Of a stretch of DNA of 64,000 nt, positions 1-7,678 are shown in pieces. Position numbers and translations under genes: made by a program. The DNA is from an uncultured Gemmatimonadales bacterium (GTDB taxonomy: Bacteria; Gemmatimonadota; Gemmatimonadetes; Gemmatimonadales; GWC2-71-9). Under the pieces are notes generated by a model. That model was not told the DNA's origin. It made no database searches and saw only the letters and a program-made list of their open reading frames with translations. The first letter of the stretch is position 1, and every line of letters begins with the position of its first letter. The stretch is taken from NCBI GenBank assembly GCA_963748815.1, contig CAVVKJ010000010.1, positions 480,001 through 544,000 on the forward strand, written 5' to 3'.

Positions 1-594
1 CGCGGTGAGTGTCACACCGGGCAGGAAGGCTACGCCGAAGGATCCCAGGTTCCAGCCGGCGCCCGGGAAGTGCACCAGCACCGCGAGCACCCAGCAGACG
101 ACCGCCAGGACCAGCGCCGTCACCATCCCCTTGGGAATGGAGACCGCTCCCCCGCGCGCCTGGCTCGCGAGGATCTGGGCCCCCATCCACGGCAGGTAGG
201 TGCCGACCATCCACCAGACGGGGTGGTACCACCAGTTGCTCCCGCCGCCGATTTCCCGCCAGCGGTTGGTGTACATCCCGGCCGGCTGGAGGACGGAGAC
301 GTCGATCACGAGGAAGACCACCGTCGCGGCGAGCCCGAGACCCGCGGCGCCGGCGATGCCCTCGATGGTCCGCGGCTTGGTCCAGTTGCCCGGCAGGAAC
401 GTCACCGCCGCAAGGCCCGCCACCAGCACCAGGGCGCCAAGACCGAACTCGGCGCCGCCGGCCAGGTACCGGGTGATGAACGACATCGCCACCACGACCG
501 CGGCGGTGATGACGCCCAGCGTGACCGCCGAGCGGAGGACGTAGGGCAGGTCGGTCAGGTCGGTGCCTGACGCGGCGCGAACGGCGGAACTCAT
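1..594 (-). CDS. Hypothetical multi-pass membrane protein (runs off the left edge)
   Basis: My own translation from ATG at 594 (MSSAVRAASGTDLTDLPYVLRSAVTLGVITAAVVVAMSFITRYL...GGGSNWWYHPVWWMVGTYLPW...) is open to position 1 with several hydrophobic helices. GGGAG SD upstream. Confidence 0.75.
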   Translation of the reverse strand, partial: MSSAVRAASGTDLTDLPYVLRSAVTLGVITAAVVVAMSFITRYLAGGAEFGLGALVLVAGLAAVTFLPGNWTKPRTIEGIAGAAGLGLAATVVFLVIDVSVLQPAGMYTNRWREIGGGSNWWYHPVWWMVGTYLPWMGAQILASQARGGAVSIPKGMVTALVLAVVCWVLAVLVHFPGAGWNLGSFGVAFLPGVTLTA

Positions 595-657
595 GCCGAC
601 TCCCGGAGAGTGTGGAAGGCCGAATAATAGCGGGCGGCCGACCATCCGGCCAAGGGT

Positions 658-1599
658 TCAGAGCAGCCCGAATCCCAGGGCGATGGCCACGTCGGTCACG
701 GCCCACGCGCCGAGGGCGGCGTACATCCCCCGCTGGTGCTGGTCGGGGGTCATGCCCGGCCACCGACGCAGCCACGGGAGCAGCACCGCCAGCCAGGCCA
801 GGAACGCCACCAGGAGCAGGCCGGCGCGCCATCCCCCCCAGGCCGCCTCCGCAAACCACCCCCGCCCTGCCCCGGCCATCGCGAAAAGGGCGAACGCCGC
901 GAGCGTCGACCCGACGGCCAGGAGGAGGCTTGCCTGCTCCCCCAGCATCAGCGCGAGCGTCTTGTCGCCGCGCCGCCGGTCCTCCTCGAACTGGTAGATC
1001 TGGGTGAGCGGATAGAGCGCCGCAAAGAGCGGGGCGAACGCGGCGAAGACCAGGAACGCCGGCCGGTCGAGGGGGCGGCCCGTCAGCGCCCACCCGGCGT
1101 ACGGCGTGAGCGCGCCGAAGCCGATCATGTTGATGATCCAGTCCATCCCGGCCACCGCCTTGAAGCGGAACGGCGGCACCGAGTAGAGCACCGACATCAC
1201 GAAGCAGACGCCGTACGCGGCGGTAAACCCGGACGGCAGCTGGAGGGAGAGCGCCCCGCCGATCAGCATCAGCGCCATGCCGAAGCTGAAGAGGTGCCGC
1301 GGGACCGGCGGCGGCTGCCGGAGGTAGCCGATGTCCCCCTCGTCCTTGTCGAACGCCGAATTGATGGCGAGGGTCCCGCCGTTCAGGCACACCACCCACA
1401 GGAGCAGCCCGACACTCGCCGTGCCGAGCGACACCCCCGCCCCCGCGGCGGCCACACCCACGGCCAGGACGTACCCGAGCGCGGTGTGGGCCGCCATGAT
1501 GGGCCATTCGGCGGGTCGGGTGTGGAGGAGGTAGTCGAACGAGGGGCCGAGCAGCCGGTAGCCGGCGCGCCGGAACGGAGACGCCGCGGCGTCGCTCAC
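658..1599 (-). CDS. UbiA-family prenyltransferase
   Basis: Motifs TRP, NSAFDKDEGD (NxxxDxxxD), YSVPPFRFK and QFEEDRRRGDKT, with multiple TM helices. The GTG start at 1599 overlaps the coaX stop (GTGA). Confidence 0.85.
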   Translation of the reverse strand: MSDAAASPFRRAGYRLLGPSFDYLLHTRPAEWPIMAAHTALGYVLAVGVAAAGAGVSLGTASVGLLLWVVCLNGGTLAINSAFDKDEGDIGYLRQPPPVPRHLFSFGMALMLIGGALSLQLPSGFTAAYGVCFVMSVLYSVPPFRFKAVAGMDWIINMIGFGALTPYAGWALTGRPLDRPAFLVFAAFAPLFAALYPLTQIYQFEEDRRRGDKTLALMLGEQASLLLAVGSTLAAFALFAMAGAGRGWFAEAAWGGWRAGLLLVAFLAWLAVLLPWLRRWPGMTPDQHQRGMYAALGAWAVTDVAIALGFGLL

Positions 1600-2375
1600 C
1601 AGCGGAGTCCGAGGTGCCCGGCGGCGATGCGGAGGCCCCGCAGCGTGAGGTCCGGCTCGATGCGCGTGATCAGTTCCGAGAACGGCGCGATCACACCGGC
1701 CAGTCCGCCGGTCGCGATGACGACGGGATTGTTCGGCGTGGGCCACTCCGCGAAGATTCGGCGCAGCATCCCGTCGGCGGCGTCGGCGGCGCCGAACAGC
1801 ACCCCCGCCTGGATGCACTCCTCCGTCCGCCGACCAATGACACGGTCGGGCGCAGCGAGTTCCGTGGCCGGGAGCTTGGCGGCGAGCCGGGTCAGTTGAT
1901 CCGCCGCCGTGCGGAGACCGGGCATGATGGCCCCGCCGATGAAACGGCCATCGCCGGTGATGCAGTCGAAGGTCGTGGCGGTGCCGAAGTCCACGACCAC
2001 GGCATCGGCGCGAACCAGCTCGAGGACCGCCAGCCCGTTCACGATCCGGTCGGCGCCGACGCTGAGCGGCTCGTCGACGTCGAGCTTGAGCGGCAGCGGC
2101 GAGCGCGGGTCGATCGAGACCGCCGAGCAGGCGGTGGCCGACTCGATCCCCGCCTTGACGCTCCGGGTGACATGCGGCGCCACCGAGGCGAGGATCACCC
2201 CCCGCACTTCGTTCGGCGAATGTCCGGCGTGGATCAGGAACGTCCCGATGGCCGTGCCCCATTCGTCGGGGGTCCGGTCGGGATTCGTGGTCAGCCGCCA
2301 GTGCGCGGTGATCTCGTCGCCCCGGAAGAGGCCGACGGTGATCTCCGTGTTGCCGATGTCGAGGGCGAGAAGCAT
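1596..2375 (-). CDS. coaX: Type III pantothenate kinase
   Basis: LALDIGNT, GADRIVN, VVDFGTATT, GGAIMPG and ATGG motifs. Confidence 0.96.
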   Translation of the reverse strand: MLLALDIGNTEITVGLFRGDEITAHWRLTTNPDRTPDEWGTAIGTFLIHAGHSPNEVRGVILASVAPHVTRSVKAGIESATACSAVSIDPRSPLPLKLDVDEPLSVGADRIVNGLAVLELVRADAVVVDFGTATTFDCITGDGRFIGGAIMPGLRTAADQLTRLAAKLPATELAAPDRVIGRRTEECIQAGVLFGAADAADGMLRRIFAEWPTPNNPVVIATGGLAGVIAPFSELITRIEPDLTLRGLRIAAGHLGLRW

Positions 2376-2381
2376 GGAGGG

Positions 2382-2410
2382 AATCTAGGCGGGGAGTGGA
2401 CGGGCGGTAA
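2382..2410 (-). promoter_or_regulatory. Putative sigma70-type promoter of coaX, probably leaderless
   Basis: TTACCG-N17-TAGATT, then 6 nt to the ATG, with no SD. Confidence 0.55.
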
Positions 2411-2418
2411 GCCGCGAC

Positions 2419-3123
2419 TCAGCGGGCCACGACATCGCCAGCGGAAACCCGATGTCGAGCGCCGGACGCATCCTGGATGATAAGGCGGCCATCGGGCTGC
2501 ACCCCGGCGCCCGTCCCCGCGATCGGCGTATCGATGGCCCGTCCGAGGAGCCAATCCCGACGCGCGAACTCGGCGAGTTCCTCCGGGGTGAGAACGGGTG
2601 TCTGGAGATCCACGGCACAGAGCGCCGCGGCGATCGGGTCGGCGAGCGCCTCAACGGTGGTCTCGGAGCAGTAGTCCGCGAGCGTCGTCGCGCGAGCACT
2701 CAACTCATCCGGGATCGAGTTGACCACATTCAACCCCAGCCCGATGGCCACCCATCGCAGCCGGTCCCCCTGCCAGGTGGCCTCGGTCAGCACGCCCCCC
2801 ACCTTTCGATCGCGGACGATCAGGTCGTTGGGCCACTTGAGCATGACCGGTACGATGGGGGGGAGTCCGTCCAGCACGCGTGCAATCGCCAGCCCGGCAC
2901 GCAGGCTCAGCACCTCCATCCCGCCAGGCGTGCCGGCCCCTCGCCGGAGGACGCTCATCCAGAGCCCTCCGGGCGGCGAGTACCAGGTGCGGCCACGGGA
3001 TCCCCGCCCCGCCCACTGCTCCCGCGCCACCAGCCAGGTACCGTCGTCGGCGCCATCCGCGGCGCGGGCATGCACCTGATCCAGCGTGGAATCCACCACG
3101 TCGAGCCAGATGCCGGGGGTCAC
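2419..3123 (-). CDS. birA: Biotin--[acetyl-CoA-carboxylase] ligase (no N-terminal HTH)
   Basis: VDST, QWAGRGSRGRTW, LKWPNDL, KVGGVL and GLGLNV motifs. GTG at 3123 overlaps the uppP stop. Confidence 0.93.
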   Translation of the reverse strand: MTPGIWLDVVDSTLDQVHARAADGADDGTWLVAREQWAGRGSRGRTWYSPPGGLWMSVLRRGAGTPGGMEVLSLRAGLAIARVLDGLPPIVPVMLKWPNDLIVRDRKVGGVLTEATWQGDRLRWVAIGLGLNVVNSIPDELSARATTLADYCSETTVEALADPIAAALCAVDLQTPVLTPEELAEFARRDWLLGRAIDTPIAGTGAGVQPDGRLIIQDASGARHRVSAGDVVAR

Positions 3124-3929
3124 CCGCCGCCGGCCTTCCACCAGACCAGCAACGCGGTGCCGACGACGATGCGGTACCAGCCAAACGGGGTGAAGTCGCG
3201 TTTGGCGACGAACCCGATGAACGCCCGGATCACCAGGAGCGCCGATAGGAACGAGACCACGAACCCGACGGTGAAGACCGGGATGTCCGCCGCGGTCAGG
3301 TTGCCGCGGCTGCTCACCAGGTCCAGCAGCGTGGCGGCCACCATGACCGGAATCGCGAGGAAGAACGAGAACTCGGTCGCGGCGGTTCGCGACAAACCCA
3401 GGAGGTATCCGCCGAGAATGGTGGCCCCCGCCCGGGACACGCCCGGGAAAAGGGCGAGCACCTGGGCCAGCCCCACCCCGAATGCGAGCCTCGGCGGCAG
3501 CACATCGACCGTGGCGACCCGCTGCACCGGCTGGGTGCGCTCGATGAGGAGGATGGCGATGCCGCCCACCACCAGCGCGCCTGCCACGGTCGGGACCGTG
3601 AAGAGATGCGCCTTGATCCACTTGTGCGCCCACAGGCCGATGACCGCCGCCGGGAGGAACCCGAGCGCCAGGTTCACGACGAAGGCCCGGCTCGCGGCGC
3701 TGGCGCCCAGGCTCCGCGCGATCGCGAGGAACCGGGCACGGTAGAGCCAGACGACCGCGAGGATCGCACCGAGCTGGATGAAGATCTCGAAGGTCTTGGC
3801 GCGTTCGCCGGTGAAGCCGAGGAGGTCGCCGGCCACGATGAGGTGACCGGTGGAGGAGACGGGGATGAACTCGGTGATGCCTTCGACCAGGCCGAGGAGG
3901 GCGGCCTGCAGGAGGAGGATGAGATCCAC
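3120..3929 (-). CDS. uppP: Undecaprenyl-diphosphate phosphatase
   Basis: GLVEGITEFIPVSSTGHL, PGVSRAGAT, EFSFFLAIP and FGWYR motifs. Confidence 0.97.
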   Translation of the reverse strand: MDLILLLQAALLGLVEGITEFIPVSSTGHLIVAGDLLGFTGERAKTFEIFIQLGAILAVVWLYRARFLAIARSLGASAASRAFVVNLALGFLPAAVIGLWAHKWIKAHLFTVPTVAGALVVGGIAILLIERTQPVQRVATVDVLPPRLAFGVGLAQVLALFPGVSRAGATILGGYLLGLSRTAATEFSFFLAIPVMVAATLLDLVSSRGNLTAADIPVFTVGFVVSFLSALLVIRAFIGFVAKRDFTPFGWYRIVVGTALLVWWKAGGG

Positions 3930-5056
3930 TAGCCGAGGGCCTCGCGGTACATCGCCTCATACATCGGGACCACCCGGTCGGCGGAAAACTCGGCGGCCTT
4001 CTCCACGGCGGCTAGCGCCATCGCCCGATGCCGCGAGGGTTCCCGCAGCAGCTCCACCGCGCGCCGTCCCATCGCCTCCACGGAGCCCACCGGTTCCAGG
4101 ATGCCGTTGACGCCGTCTTCCACCACTTCGGGGAGTCCGCCGGCGCGGCTCGCCACCACCGGGGAGCCGCACGCCATTGCCTCCAGCGCCGCGAGCCCGA
4201 ACGACTCCGACTGCGACGGCAGGAGGAAGAGATCGGTCGCCTGCATCAGTTCCACGACCCGGTCGAGCCGGCCGAGAAACCGGACATCCGCCGTCACCTC
4301 CAGCAGCGCGGCCTCCCGCTCCGCCTCGGCGCGCTCCGGGCCGTCGCCGATCATCAGGAGGGTGGCCGGCATGGCGCGACGAATCCGGGAGAAGATGCGG
4401 ATCACGTCCTTGACCCGCTTCACCTCGCGGAAGTTGGAGGTGTGGCTGATGATCTTGTGCCCGGCCGGGGCCAACCCGTCCCGCTTGGGCGACTCGACCG
4501 GATGGTATTCCGCCAGGCTGACGAAGTTCGGGATGACCCGGAGGTTGGGATGCACCGGGCCGAAGGCGCGGAGCGTCTCGCTCCGCAGGAAGGCGGACAC
4601 GGCGCTCACCTCGTCGGACCGTTCGATCGAGAAGCGGGTGATGTCGAAGAAGCTCGACTCCTGGCCGACCAGCGTGATGTCGGTGCCGTGCAGGGTGGTC
4701 ACCACCTTGATGGGGTGCTCCCTGGCGAGCATTTCCCGCGCGATCCAGGCCGTGGTGGCGTAGGGGATCGCGTAGTGCACGTGGAGCAGGTCGAGCTTCT
4801 CCCTGCGGCTCACCTCGTACTGGTGCGACGCCAGCGCCAGGGTGAACGGGAAATGATCGAAGAGCGGATAGTGTCCGTGGCGCGTCTCGACCTCGTGGTA
4901 GTACACCCGCTCGGCAAACCCGCCCCGCAGCCGGAACGGCGAGGCGTAGGTGATGAAATGCACCTCGTGCCCGCGACGGGCGAGTTCCAGCCCGAGTTCG
5001 GTTGCCACGGCGCCGGATCCGCCGTACGTCGGGTAACAGGTAATGCCGATCTTCAT
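3929..5056 (-). CDS. bshA: N-acetyl-alpha-D-glucosaminyl L-malate synthase (bacillithiol biosynthesis, GT4)
   Basis: MKIGITCYPTYGGSG, LLHVHYAIP, TTLHGTDITLVG, SNFREVKRV and ESFGLAALEAMACG. Confidence 0.93.
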   Translation of the reverse strand: MKIGITCYPTYGGSGAVATELGLELARRGHEVHFITYASPFRLRGGFAERVYYHEVETRHGHYPLFDHFPFTLALASHQYEVSRREKLDLLHVHYAIPYATTAWIAREMLAREHPIKVVTTLHGTDITLVGQESSFFDITRFSIERSDEVSAVSAFLRSETLRAFGPVHPNLRVIPNFVSLAEYHPVESPKRDGLAPAGHKIISHTSNFREVKRVKDVIRIFSRIRRAMPATLLMIGDGPERAEAEREAALLEVTADVRFLGRLDRVVELMQATDLFLLPSQSESFGLAALEAMACGSPVVASRAGGLPEVVEDGVNGILEPVGSVEAMGRRAVELLREPSRHRAMALAAVEKAAEFSADRVVPMYEAMYREALG

Positions 5057-5970
5057 GTTTCGCTCCAATGGGCCGCGATCTCCGCGGCGAGTTCCGCAGG
5101 CGGTCGGGTGGCGTCGAGCCGGAGGACGTCGCCGTCCAGCTGATGCCGAAACCAGGTCTCCTGGCGCTTCGCGTATTGCCGGGTGCTGATGGTGATGGCC
5201 TCCGCTACGGACTCGCGGGACCGGGCGCCGTGAAGGTACTCCACCGCCTCCTTCACCCCGATGCCGTCGAGACCAGGCGCGTGGGCGGCGTGCCCCTCGG
5301 CCAGCACCGAGGCGACCTCCTCGATCAGGCCGCGTTGGACCATCTCGGCTGCCCGCCGTTCGATCCGCTGGTGCAGAATCGGCCGGGGCACGCTGAGGAC
5401 CACGTACCAGGGTTCGAACCGCCGGCCCTCGCGCGCAGCGCGCTGCCAGTGCGTCAGCGGGTGACCGGTCATCAGCGCCATCTCGATGCAGCGAAGCGCC
5501 CGCTGGCGGCCACCGCCGGCGTACTCCGCATCGAGCCGGCTGGCCCATCGGACCAGCTCAGCCGGGGTGAGGTGCCCCAGGTACGATTCGAGGTGCTTCC
5601 GGCGCGTCGCATCGAGGGCCGGTTCGCGAAAGAGCCCGTCCATTAACGCCCGGATGTAAAGCCCGGTTCCCCCGACCACCACCGGGAGCCGATCCCGGGC
5701 CTGCACCATCTCGATCCAGGCACTGGCCGCCGCCGCCCAGCGCCCGGCGCTGAACCGGTGCCCGGGGTCCAGGATGTCCACGCCGTGGTGCGGCACCCGT
5801 GCCTGTTCCTTCCGGGTCGGCTTGGCGGTGCCAATGTCGAGACGCCGGTAGACTTGCCGGGAATCGGCGGAAATGATTTCGAGCGGCCAGTGGGCGGCGA
5901 GGGCCAGCGCCACCGCCGTCTTCCCCACCGCCGTCGGTCCGACGAGGACCGGGACCCTACCGGCGGCCAA
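5053..5970 (-). CDS. miaA: tRNA dimethylallyltransferase
   Basis: GPTAVGKT, ISADSRQVYR, DIGTAKP, VGGTGLY and TRQYAKRQETWF. The TTG start at 5970 is inferred. Confidence 0.96.
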   Translation of the reverse strand: MAAGRVPVLVGPTAVGKTAVALALAAHWPLEIISADSRQVYRRLDIGTAKPTRKEQARVPHHGVDILDPGHRFSAGRWAAAASAWIEMVQARDRLPVVVGGTGLYIRALMDGLFREPALDATRRKHLESYLGHLTPAELVRWASRLDAEYAGGGRQRALRCIEMALMTGHPLTHWQRAAREGRRFEPWYVVLSVPRPILHQRIERRAAEMVQRGLIEEVASVLAEGHAAHAPGLDGIGVKEAVEYLHGARSRESVAEAITISTRQYAKRQETWFRHQLDGDVLRLDATRPPAELAAEIAAHWSET

Positions 5971-7669
5971 ACCGTCGCTCGAGCTCCTCGCGGGGGAGCT
6001 GGACGATCGTCGAACGCCCGTGCACGTCGTGCGGGGGCAGCTCGGTGGCAAAGAGCCGGAGCAGCAACTCGCGCATTTCCCCCTGGCTCAGCCGCTGCCC
6101 CGCCTTCACCGCGGCGCGGCAGGCGTAGGTGGCGCCGAACCGTTCGAGCGGGTTGGCCCACCCCCCAAACCGGCCGCGCGCCAGGTCGGCGACCATCTCC
6201 TGGAAACAGGCGACGGCATCGAATCGCGGATGCGGCGTCGGGACCGCCTGCAGCGCGACGGTGTTGCCACCGAATTCCTCCACCACAAACCCGACGCGCT
6301 CGAGCGCCTCACGGTGCCGCTCGACGGCGTCCAGCTCCTCGTCGGTCAGTTCCACCGTGGCCGGGATGAGCAGCCGCTGGGAGGGCGCGCCGGCGCCGGA
6401 GATGGCCTCCATCACCGCCTCGAAGAGCACCCGCTCGTGCGCCGAGTGCTGGTCGACAAAGACCACGCCCTCATCCGCCTGGTACACGATGTAGGTGTCG
6501 AAGAGCTGGGTGAGCCCGCCGGCGAAGGGGTCCGCCGCGCCGACGACCCCGGCCGATCCCGATTCGGGGGCAGTGGCGAACGGCCCCGCCTCGTCGAACA
6601 GCGAGGCGACGACGTCGTGGGCGTCGAGGGTCGCGTGACCCGCCGGCATCGGGCGCCAGTCGCCGACCGGCGCGGCCGCCACCAGCGCGCCAATCGCCTG
6701 CCGGACAGCGTCCTCCATCGTCCGCTCGAGCCCGATCCGGTCGCGGAACCGCACCTCCATCTTGGAGGGATGGACATTCACGTCCACTTCGCCGGGGGCA
6801 AGGTCGATGCGGAGATAAAGCGAGGGACGGTCGCCGGGATGGATGGCCGCCCGGTACCCCGCCTCCGCCGCCCGCACGAGGAAGGGATCACGAAACGGGC
6901 GGCCGTTGACGAAGAGTTGAGTGCGGCGGCCGCTGGGCGACGCGTCACCGGGGCGCTGCACAAATCCGGAAATCCGGAAGGCGCCGGCGGCATGGTCCAC
7001 CCCGACCATGGTGCCGACCAGATCACGCCCCCACACGGAGACGAGGCGGTCGGTCTCTTCCTCATCGGGTGGCGCGGCCAAACGCACCTGGCCGTCCTGC
7101 AGGAGTTCAATGCCCACGGCGGGATGGGCCAGGGCCAGCGTCGCGACCGCTTCGTATGCCGCCCGGGATTCGCTCGCCGCGGACCGGAGGAACTTGCGGC
7201 GGGCCGGGGTGTTGAAAAAGAGCCCGCGCACGGTGACGGTGGTGCCGCGCTGCCGGGCGACGGCTCCCACCTGCTCGAGCCGACCGCCGACCACCCGCAA
7301 CTCGGTGCCCTCGCCCCCCTCTTCGGCCGTCGTGAGGGTCAGGCGGCTGACCGATCCGATGGCGGGGAGCGCCTCGCCGCGGAACCCGAAGGTGGTGACC
7401 CCGGTCAGGTCCGCGGCGCTGCGAATCTTGCTCGTGGCATGGCGGTCGAGGGAGAGCACCGCGTCTTCTCGGCCCATCCCGCAGCCGTCGTCGGCCACTT
7501 CGATGAGCGTCTTGCCTCCGTTCTCGATGGCAATCCGGACCCGCGTCGCGCCCGCGTCGATGGCGTTCTCGACGAGTTCCTTGAGCGCCGACGCGGGGCG
7601 CGCGACGACTTCGCCCGCGGCGATCTGGTCGGCGACGGCATCGGGAAGGATGGCAATGCGGCGTGACAT
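5957..7669 (-). CDS. mutL: DNA mismatch repair protein MutL
   Basis: IAAGEVV, KELVENAIDAG, HATSKI, GFRGEAL, DVNVHPSK, DQHSAHER, ACRAAVK and HGR. Confidence 0.97.
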   Translation of the reverse strand: MSRRIAILPDAVADQIAAGEVVARPASALKELVENAIDAGATRVRIAIENGGKTLIEVADDGCGMGREDAVLSLDRHATSKIRSAADLTGVTTFGFRGEALPAIGSVSRLTLTTAEEGGEGTELRVVGGRLEQVGAVARQRGTTVTVRGLFFNTPARRKFLRSAASESRAAYEAVATLALAHPAVGIELLQDGQVRLAAPPDEEETDRLVSVWGRDLVGTMVGVDHAAGAFRISGFVQRPGDASPSGRRTQLFVNGRPFRDPFLVRAAEAGYRAAIHPGDRPSLYLRIDLAPGEVDVNVHPSKMEVRFRDRIGLERTMEDAVRQAIGALVAAAPVGDWRPMPAGHATLDAHDVVASLFDEAGPFATAPESGSAGVVGAADPFAGGLTQLFDTYIVYQADEGVVFVDQHSAHERVLFEAVMEAISGAGAPSQRLLIPATVELTDEELDAVERHREALERVGFVVEEFGGNTVALQAVPTPHPRFDAVACFQEMVADLARGRFGGWANPLERFGATYACRAAVKAGQRLSQGEMRELLLRLFATELPPHDVHGRSTIVQLPREELERRFGRR

Positions 7670-7678
7670 GCCTGCAAT

